From a virus (Duplodnaviria > Caudoviricetes), in the IMG/VR virus record IMGVR_UViG_3300028393_000226, positions 1-32,627 of that record: 32,627 nt of DNA. The stretch is one strand, 5' to 3'. Positions 1-7,208 of this stretch are shown piece by piece. Position 1 is the first letter of the stretch, and every line of letters begins with the position of its first letter. Below the pieces are notes generated by a model. That model searched no databases, was not told the DNA's origin, and saw nothing but the letters and a program-made list of their open reading frames with translations. The translations under genes were made by a program, and so were the position numbers.

Positions 1-1
1 G

Positions 2-1048
2 CACAATCAGGATCAGGCGTACATGAACGATATGAACCGTATCGCCATGCACGAAATGATTCTGTTCCAGCAGGGCAAGCGGTCAGATTTGCCATCCCAA
101 TCTGAGTTGACTGAGAAGACGAACCAGTTGTACTCGTTGAAAACTTTGACAAACTTGTTGTCTCCAACGTCTGTCCAGTACACGAACGATGTAAACTATT
201 ACCAGCAGTTGTATCGCAAGTATCAGACGATGTACCCAGATGGTAATGATGCGGATCAGAAGTTCCTTGAGGACAATCCTGATTACTTTGTCGTCATGGA
301 ACCGTTGTCGAAGAACCAGTTTGGTGCTACTGCTACTCAGCAGTCAGTGTCTAACATTAAGAAGTACAGTGATCTTGCTGCTATTGCTTCCGCATCTGGT
401 GATCCGAAAATGGTCGGTTGGTTGGCTAACTATGGGCAAGGGCCTTACGACCAAAAGAACTTCTCGTCGGCTTCTTACAACTGGCAGTTGACCCACTCTC
501 CTGTACCGGGTGGGACGAACTTCCGTACACAGAAGAACCCACAAGAGGTCATGCAGGACGCTCTGGTTAACCGTGGTTGGATTCGTTTCAATCAGGCCAT
601 GGACGAGATCACAGCCAACTATCAGGCCCGTGGTTTAAACACTGCTGATCCAGCAATCAACAAGGCCATGCTTAGTGGTGCTGTGGCGTTCTTGAACCAA
701 GACAAGTCCAATGCTGCTTGGTATGAAGAGTTTAAATCATCTGATCGTGCTCGCTTTGAGAAGCGTGCAGATTTCTTCCAGCAGGCTCTTGCTGACCCGG
801 CGTTCGGTGGTGATCACAAGGACGATCAGACGATTCAAGCGATTGGCTCGTTCTTGGATCTTCGTAGCCAAATGTCTAATGCTCTTAACGATGTCAAAGC
901 GAATGGTGGTTCTAATCGCCTTACGGCGAAGTCGAACTATCAGATGGCTCAAGACTACTTGCAGCAGATTGTGGCGTTGAAGAACCAGAACCTTGGGTTC
1001 TCTGAATGGTATGACCGATACTTTACTAACGATCCGGTGGTGCTCTGA
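2..1048 (+). CDS. Large internal virion (ejection) protein, C-terminal part, 5' truncated by the window edge
   Basis: The frame is open from position 2. The product is helical, Q/A/D/N-rich, and coupled by TGATG to further virion genes upstream of scaffold and capsid. Function is inferred from position. Confidence 0.6.
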   Translation, partial: HNQDQAYMNDMNRIAMHEMILFQQGKRSDLPSQSELTEKTNQLYSLKTLTNLLSPTSVQYTNDVNYYQQLYRKYQTMYPDGNDADQKFLEDNPDYFVVMEPLSKNQFGATATQQSVSNIKKYSDLAAIASASGDPKMVGWLANYGQGPYDQKNFSSASYNWQLTHSPVPGGTNFRTQKNPQEVMQDALVNRGWIRFNQAMDEITANYQARGLNTADPAINKAMLSGAVAFLNQDKSNAAWYEEFKSSDRARFEKRADFFQQALADPAFGGDHKDDQTIQAIGSFLDLRSQMSNALNDVKANGGSNRLTAKSNYQMAQDYLQQIVALKNQNLGFSEWYDRYFTNDPVVL

Positions 1049-1842
1049 TGGCAGGTGGCGATGGACAGGCTAGTTCGGCAACTGAGGCCGCTGACCAACA
1101 GCAGCAAAGCCAACAACAGCAGTCATCTTTTGCGTACAACGTTTACAACGGCTCAAGGGCTGACAACTTTTCTCCACGTAGCCGCCGAGAAGAACAACAT
1201 CACTGGAACGTCCGAGATGTATTCCAGACTGGTGCGGAGCACATGGCTGCGTTTTGGGACAACTGGAACGCGAACCCTGCATGGCGCACTAAGTTGATTT
1301 CTGGGTACATCGCTTTGGGTAACACCCCTTCAGATGCCCTTGATGGTTTTAAAATGTTTAAATTTTGGGACACGTTGGGACAGGCCTCTGGAGTGGCAAG
1401 TGAGTCTGGCAAGAAGATGACTCCTATGCAGATCCTTGCGTTTATGGCTGGAAAGAGTGGGGCATTGGCTGCTCAGCAAGCCAAGGCCAGTGCACAGTCT
1501 ATGGTCAAGGATGTAACCAATACGACGTACACGATTGAAGATCCTGCAACGGCTCTAGCGTTGACGCAAAGCGTTCTTACGGCTGCTCTGGGCCGTCAGG
1601 CTTCACCTGATGAGGTCAAGCGTTACACGTCGGCTATTCAGTCTTACGACAGGGCCAATCCGATCATTGACCATATCCATCAAGACGCTAACGGCAATCA
1701 GACAAAGACTACGACTGGTGGAGTATCCTCTACGGGCGAGCAGGCTCTGATCGCTAACACTGCAAACAACAGTGCTGAGGGTCAGGCGTACCAGACCAAT
1801 GGTGTGTTCGATCAGGCCATGAAGATTCTGTCGGGTCTGTAA
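1048..1842 (+). CDS. Putative internal virion protein
   Basis: 264 aa, overlaps both neighbours (TGATG, TAATG), Ala/Gln/Thr-rich. Confidence 0.55.
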   Translation: MAGGDGQASSATEAADQQQQSQQQQSSFAYNVYNGSRADNFSPRSRREEQHHWNVRDVFQTGAEHMAAFWDNWNANPAWRTKLISGYIALGNTPSDALDGFKMFKFWDTLGQASGVASESGKKMTPMQILAFMAGKSGALAAQQAKASAQSMVKDVTNTTYTIEDPATALALTQSVLTAALGRQASPDEVKRYTSAIQSYDRANPIIDHIHQDANGNQTKTTTGGVSSTGEQALIANTANNSAEGQAYQTNGVFDQAMKILSGL

Positions 1843-3329
1843 TGACAGCACCTAACGCTGGTGGCGGTTCCGTCCTACAGATCACCGATGATGCTCAAAA
1901 AGCACTAGACGCTGCTCGCGCCTACATTGGTATGTCGTATCAACCGAACCGGTGTTTACAGTTCATCCGTACCTGTTGGGGTGCAGCCGGGATGGGTGGT
2001 AATCCGAACACAAACATTTCGTTTGTTCCACCGGATCAAATGCACTCAGACATGATGCCCCCGTTGGGCGCTCCGGTCTGGTTCACGGGTGGTAAGAACG
2101 GTCACATTGCAATGGTCTCTAAGTATGTAGATGGCCAGCCCTACGTGATCACCACCGACTTTCCAACCATGGGCAAGATCGGCGAAGTCCCCTTGAAAGA
2201 TGTCATCCACTGGTTGGGCAACATGAAGTACCGGGGTTGGTCGTCAAGCATTAACAACAAAACAATTCTCAGGGGTGCCACGCACCCCGTTGGTGATGGA
2301 GGTGTCCCAGTGGCAGGTAACTCAACGAACTCCACGTCAACGACAAGTGGTGGTGTTAGTGGCGGTGGGACTCTAGGCTTTCAGGCTGCTGACGCTTCAG
2401 ATGTTTGGGATCACTTGCAGGCCGAGTTCGGTCTCACGTCGAACCTGTTGGGCCTTGATAAGACTGATCCGAAGAAGGGGTTCACTCTCACGGAAGCCTT
2501 CACCGCTATCCGCACTGGCGGAGACTATTACGTCAACGGTAAGAAGGTTAAGGGTACTGGTGCTGCGATCACAGACCCGATGCGTGCTGCGAACATTCTT
2601 GCTCAGACTGACTGGTTCAAAACTCACGGTGCTGATGTAACGAAGAATCTTGCAGCGGAAGCGAACGGTCTTGGAGCGTTTAAAGAGAACGTCGCTAAGA
2701 AGCAGGCTGAACTGAAGAATGCTTTTGCTTCTGCTGGTATCAAACTTGGCGACAAGGATCTGGCCAAACTTTCCCGTGATGCTTTCGTCTATGGCCTCAG
2801 TAATGAGCAGATCATGGACAGGGCTACTGCCACTAAGGGTGTTGGGTTCACGGGTGGTGGAACCATCGGTAACTCGCTCCAATACCTTGACGGTTTGGCT
2901 GAGCAGAACGGTGTGAAAATCTCTGGCGGTGATCGTCTCGCTTGGGAACGCGACCTTGCTAACGGAAACAAGACGACGCAGGATTACGAGAAGATGTTGC
3001 GTGACCATGCAGCCACTCAGTATTCAGTGTTCGCTGATCAGATCCGTGCCGGTCAGAACCTTCGTGATTTGACTAAGCCTTACCGTGACATGACAGCACA
3101 GTTGTTAGAGGTCAACCCTGATTCTGTGACATGGAACGATCCACTGTTTAAAGATGGGAAAGCATTCCAAACAGTTGATCCGAAAACTGGGCAGATGACG
3201 ACGAAGCCGTTGTGGCAGTACCGTCAAGAAATCATGAAGGATGCTCGCTGGCAGCGCACTGATAATGCGAAGCAGCAGTACACCGATTTCGGGTCTAGTG
3301 TTTTGAAGAAGTTCGGAGTGATGTCGTAA
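1842..3329 (+). CDS. Internal virion protein with N-terminal CHAP/NlpC-P60-like peptidoglycan hydrolase domain
   Basis: CLQFIRTCWG...PPLGAPVWFTGGKNGHIAM gives a Cys/His dyad pattern. A Ser/Thr/Gly linker and a long helical region follow. Confidence 0.65.
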   Translation: MTAPNAGGGSVLQITDDAQKALDAARAYIGMSYQPNRCLQFIRTCWGAAGMGGNPNTNISFVPPDQMHSDMMPPLGAPVWFTGGKNGHIAMVSKYVDGQPYVITTDFPTMGKIGEVPLKDVIHWLGNMKYRGWSSSINNKTILRGATHPVGDGGVPVAGNSTNSTSTTSGGVSGGGTLGFQAADASDVWDHLQAEFGLTSNLLGLDKTDPKKGFTLTEAFTAIRTGGDYYVNGKKVKGTGAAITDPMRAANILAQTDWFKTHGADVTKNLAAEANGLGAFKENVAKKQAELKNAFASAGIKLGDKDLAKLSRDAFVYGLSNEQIMDRATATKGVGFTGGGTIGNSLQYLDGLAEQNGVKISGGDRLAWERDLANGNKTTQDYEKMLRDHAATQYSVFADQIRAGQNLRDLTKPYRDMTAQLLEVNPDSVTWNDPLFKDGKAFQTVDPKTGQMTTKPLWQYRQEIMKDARWQRTDNAKQQYTDFGSSVLKKFGVMS

Positions 3330-4171
3330 TGGCAGACACGGCTACTCAAACTCTTATTGACTTGTTTAGATCGTATGGTCTTGCTGATCTAGCCCCGGCG
3401 ATCTTACAGATCGCAGCAGACACGACTCTTACTCAGGCTGAAGCGTTAGCGAAAGTTTACGAGACGCCCCAGTACAAGGCTCGCTTCCCAGCGATGGATC
3501 AGTACAGGAAGGATAAGACTCTTGGCATTCATAACGAGCAAGATTATATGCGTCAAGAAGAGTCTTATCTGAATGTTATGCGTGCAGCAGGTCTGCCCTC
3601 TGGGTTCTACGATTCACACGCAAACATCGGCCAGTGGATGGCAAACAGTGTCAGCCCCGATGAGATCGCTTCCCGTGTTCGACGAGCACAGCAAGTGCTC
3701 GATACTGCTGACCCTACGTTGATTAACACGGCTAAGAATTATTACGGTGTTGACCGTGACCACTTACTCGCACATGTTCTTGACCCGAATGCTGCTGCTC
3801 CCCTGATCGACAAGCAGATGCGTTCCGTTCAGGCTGGTGCTGCGGCTAGTCGTAACAACATGCAGTTGGATAAGGCTCAAGCCGAATCGTTGGCTACTGA
3901 TCCATACGCGAGTGGACTGTTCAACAATCCTTACAATCCGAATGCGATCAACGATGCTTTCGCTAAGGCGAACGCTATGTCCCAGCAGGACACTCGTCTC
4001 TCCGCGATTGAGGGCAAGTCGTACAACCAGAAGGACGCTATCGACGCGAACCTTCGCAACGATTTGACTAAGCAACTTGAATCTCAGAAGCGTGCTGAGC
4101 GTGAAGCCGCTCGTTTCTCTGGTAGTGCTGGGACGGCCTCTGGGTCGCTTGGTACTACCTCTGGCCTTTAG
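3329..4171 (+). CDS. Putative internal virion protein
   Basis: 280 aa, TAATG coupling, helical with a Gly/Ser-rich tail, lies directly before the scaffold gene. Confidence 0.55.
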   Translation: MADTATQTLIDLFRSYGLADLAPAILQIAADTTLTQAEALAKVYETPQYKARFPAMDQYRKDKTLGIHNEQDYMRQEESYLNVMRAAGLPSGFYDSHANIGQWMANSVSPDEIASRVRRAQQVLDTADPTLINTAKNYYGVDRDHLLAHVLDPNAAAPLIDKQMRSVQAGAAASRNNMQLDKAQAESLATDPYASGLFNNPYNPNAINDAFAKANAMSQQDTRLSAIEGKSYNQKDAIDANLRNDLTKQLESQKRAEREAARFSGSAGTASGSLGTTSGL

Positions 4172-4183
4172 GCCCCTTAGACA

Positions 4184-4266
4184 CCCTCTGATCGACCGGC
4201 CCAGAGTGGGATCAAAAGACCGGTAGTAGCAGCCCAAGTTCTCTTCCCCGAGGTTCTTGGTGGGCT
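4184..4266 (+). ncRNA. Candidate structured RNA (pseudoknot plus hairpin) in the scaffold/capsid leader
   Basis: Stem CTCTG 4186-90/CAGAG 4202-06. Loop ACCGG 4195-99 is complementary to CCGGT 4220-24. Second stem AGCCCA 4231-36/TGGGCT 4261-66. Confidence 0.45.
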
Positions 4267-4299
4267 ATGTAAACACAACACAAAGGGAGATAGCCAATC

Positions 4300-4815
4300 A
4301 TGGCTGAATACAACTGGCTCAACGACGATGACGATGATGACAACGAAGAAACTCGTCCGTCTAATTCTGATGCGTTACGTGAAGCCCGACGTGCAGCAAA
4401 GAGTAATGCTAAAGCAGCGAAGGCTGCTTCTGATGAACTCACTGCTTTGCGCAAGGAACTACACGAACGGAAGATCGCTGATGCCATTCGTGAAAAGGGT
4501 TTGAACCCGAAGATCGCTCGTCTAGCGAAAGACGTTCCCGCTGAGGAACTAGATGCTTTCTTAGATGATTTTGCAGATGTGTTTGGTGTCAGCGCCAGCA
4601 ATGAGAACGGTTCACAGGAGAACCCTGAGACTGCCATGGGCATGTCGTTGGACCCGAACCTTGCAGCATTGCAGCGTATCAGCGGTGGACAAGCAGCCCA
4701 GACTTCTTCGTCTACTAAGGCGGAAAACTTGGAGCAGCAAATCCTTGGAGCGACAAGCCCTGAAGAGTTGAACAGGCTTCTCTTCGGAAATGTTAACGGG
4801 CCAATGCTCCGTTAG
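4300..4815 (+). CDS. Capsid scaffolding protein
   Basis: Acidic N-terminus, coiled-coil, short C-terminal helix (SPEELNRLL), SD GGGAG, immediately upstream of the capsid gene. Confidence 0.8.
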   Translation: MAEYNWLNDDDDDDNEETRPSNSDALREARRAAKSNAKAAKAASDELTALRKELHERKIADAIREKGLNPKIARLAKDVPAEELDAFLDDFADVFGVSASNENGSQENPETAMGMSLDPNLAALQRISGGQAAQTSSSTKAENLEQQILGATSPEELNRLLFGNVNGPMLR

Positions 4816-4859
4816 CACTCTTTGATCCCACTCAAAATGAAAGGAGGTGTTGATCTCTT

Positions 4860-6020
4860 ATGGCAATTACTACCGCCTCTACATCGGGTTTCCCGATTGG
4901 TTCGCTTGGTGGTGCTGGTCTCGTCGGCCCCGCTTACGATCGCTATGTTGAGTTCGCTTTGCGTTCACAGCCACTGCTTCGTGGTCTCGCTGACAAGCGT
5001 CCAGTACAGCCCACTTCACCGGGTTCGTCTGTAGTCTTCAGCATCCATCAAGACATCGACGCGATTACGTCAGCCAACCTTACGGATGGTACTGACCTTT
5101 CCCCTGCAACCCTGAAGGGTCCAACGACGGTTACTGCTTCTCTTGCTGAGTACGGCAACGTTGTTTCGACCACTCGCCAGTTGGATGCGCTTTCGCTGTC
5201 TGACGTTGATCCTGCTGTCGCAAACATCATTGCGTTCAACATGGCTGATTCGCTGGACAAGATTGTGGCTACCAAGTTGGATGGTATTACCACCAACGTT
5301 ACCAACGTTGGTGGTTTTGCAACGGCTGCTGGTATCACTTCGGCTAACACCATGACTGGTGCAACCGTTCGTCGTGCAACCACTGGTCTCCGTGCCAACA
5401 ACGCGGTTCCGCGTTGGGGTCTGCTGTTCGGTGCTTACATTCACCCCGAGGTCGCTTACGATCTTCGTGCTGAATCAGGTACGAACAACTTTGAAGATAT
5501 CCGCAAGTACAACGATGACACTGTTGGGAACATTCTCACTGGTGTCACTGGTATTGTTCATGGCGCATACTTCATTGAGACGCCGCGTGTGACTAACGGT
5601 CTCACTGGTTCAACCCCGGCTACCCTGACTTCATCGTCTGGTACTTCGGGTACGAACGTGATCGGCTTCTCGGCCACTACGGGTGTTGGTGTCGGTATGA
5701 CCGTCACTGGTACTGGTGTACCTGCAAGCACCACGGTCACTGCTGTTACTTCTACGACGATCTCCCTGTCGGCTAACTTGACGACTGGTGCTACCGGTTC
5801 GTACACGTTCACCGCGACCCGTGTTTACAACACGTACGTTGTGGGCCAGCAGGCTCTTGCTGAGGCTACCGCTATCGAACCACACGTTGTCGTGGGTCCG
5901 GTTGTTGATGCTCTCATGCGTAACCGACCAATCGGTTGGTACGGCTTGATGGGTTGGACCTTGTACCGCCCACAGGCATCGTGGCTCATCCGTTCTACCT
6001 CTTCGGTACGTGGCGGCTGA
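4860..6020 (+). CDS. Major capsid protein (HK97 fold, N4-gp56-like) with an inserted Thr/Gly-rich beta domain
   Basis: Strong SD AAGGAGGT. Motifs LAEYGNVV, AYIHPEVAYDLR, FIETPR, GPVVDALMRNRPIGWYG. Confidence 0.9.
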   Translation: MAITTASTSGFPIGSLGGAGLVGPAYDRYVEFALRSQPLLRGLADKRPVQPTSPGSSVVFSIHQDIDAITSANLTDGTDLSPATLKGPTTVTASLAEYGNVVSTTRQLDALSLSDVDPAVANIIAFNMADSLDKIVATKLDGITTNVTNVGGFATAAGITSANTMTGATVRRATTGLRANNAVPRWGLLFGAYIHPEVAYDLRAESGTNNFEDIRKYNDDTVGNILTGVTGIVHGAYFIETPRVTNGLTGSTPATLTSSSGTSGTNVIGFSATTGVGVGMTVTGTGVPASTTVTAVTSTTISLSANLTTGATGSYTFTATRVYNTYVVGQQALAEATAIEPHVVVGPVVDALMRNRPIGWYGLMGWTLYRPQASWLIRSTSSVRGG

Positions 6021-6035
6021 TCCATTTGGATCACA

Positions 6036-6067
6036 TGGTGGGGGCTGGCTTTTGCTGGCCCCCACTA
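6036..6067 (+). terminator. GC-rich hairpin after the capsid gene (terminator or mRNA stabiliser, no U-tract)
   Basis: TGGTGGGGGCTGGC-TTTT-GCTGGCCCCCACTA. It is preceded by the palindrome TGATCCA-TT-TGGATCA (6018-6033) over the stop codon. Confidence 0.65.
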
Positions 6068-6092
6068 ACCATCCCCTTCTTGGAGTTTAAAC

Positions 6093-6224
6093 ATGTCTTT
6101 ACCTTTAACTGAAATTGGTTGGCAGGTCGTTGATCCTGACGGAAACGTTGTGGAATCAGGACCTTTGACGATTGCTCACATGACCGCTGAACTGGTCGAA
6201 CAAATTAACCCTGAAGGGAACTAA
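6093..6224 (+). CDS. Small hypothetical protein, 43 aa (not in the ORF track)
   Basis: GGAG-TTTAAAC-ATG start. MSLPLTEIGWQVVDPDGNVVESGPLTIAHMTAELVEQINPEGN, stop 2 nt before the next ATG. Confidence 0.7.
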   Translation: MSLPLTEIGWQVVDPDGNVVESGPLTIAHMTAELVEQINPEGN

Positions 6225-6226
6225 CA

Positions 6227-6658
6227 ATGGCTGCCATTGACGCTGCTCTCGTAAGTAAGATCCTGAATGCTACGTCACCTACTGGTACTGGTGGTGTCCC
6301 CGGTACGGCTTTGACTGCGCTTACTGCTGCGGCCATGAAGGTGCGTTTAAACTCAACATTGTCTACCGCGTCAGCGGCTGGTACTGAGATCACGGGTGCG
6401 GGTTACACCGCTGGTGGTCAGTCACTTTCCGCTGCAAGCGCGGCCTCTTCAGCCGGATCGAACGTGACGTTGCCTACTACGACAGCCTTGTCGTGGACGA
6501 ATGGTTCTGGTGGTCAGTGGTCAATCGTGTCTTTCGATCTGACTGATAGCACTGGTGTGCGTACTTGGTGGGGACCTTTCAATGGTCAGCCCGTTCTTGT
6601 TGCTAACGGTAATACGTTCCAGATCGCCGTGGGTGGCATCACCCTCCAACTTACCTAA
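6227..6658 (+). CDS. Minor structural/fibre-associated protein
   Basis: GTEITGAGY...W...LTDSTG...VANGNTFQIAVGGITLQL resembles small phage fibre-base proteins. Confidence 0.6.
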   Translation: MAAIDAALVSKILNATSPTGTGGVPGTALTALTAAAMKVRLNSTLSTASAAGTEITGAGYTAGGQSLSAASAASSAGSNVTLPTTTALSWTNGSGGQWSIVSFDLTDSTGVRTWWGPFNGQPVLVANGNTFQIAVGGITLQLT

Positions 6659-6671
6659 GAGGGGTTAAACC

Positions 6672-7205
6672 GTGCCCGGTTACGATTCACTCGTTAATTT
6701 CCCACCCATCGCGGGTGCTGTTACTGCAACCACAACCACGATCACGGACATCACCCCTGTTCCCGTCTACACGATTCCTGCTGGAACATTGACCGTTGGT
6801 TCTACGTATCGTGTCACCGCTTATGGTCGTTACACGACGGGTACGACGGCCACCAACCTAACTCTTGGCGTCTATTATGGTGGTACGTCGCTGTTGCTCG
6901 CTGGCATTGCAACCACAGCAATGACGATCAGCCAGACGAACGCTCCATGGCATTTGGAGTATCTGTTCACGGTTCGTAGCATCGGTACGGCTGGAACTGT
7001 ATATGGGCATGGGTGGGTTGACCTCGGAACATCGCTGACCGCTACGACGCACTATCCGATCCCATCTGTAACCAACGCAGCGATCTCAGTCGATACAACG
7101 GTGAATAAGACGATCAACATTGCTGCGACTCTTTCTCAGGTTACTGGTCCCGTAACGATCACATGTGATCATGTGTTGATCGAAAACCTTTCAACTTTGG
7201 CATAA
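6672..7205 (+). CDS. Thr-rich beta-sandwich structural protein
   Basis: GTG start with SD GAGGGG, alternating beta pattern, within the structural operon. Confidence 0.6.
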   Translation: MPGYDSLVNFPPIAGAVTATTTTITDITPVPVYTIPAGTLTVGSTYRVTAYGRYTTGTTATNLTLGVYYGGTSLLLAGIATTAMTISQTNAPWHLEYLFTVRSIGTAGTVYGHGWVDLGTSLTATTHYPIPSVTNAAISVDTTVNKTINIAATLSQVTGPVTITCDHVLIENLSTLA

Positions 7206-7208
7206 GCC

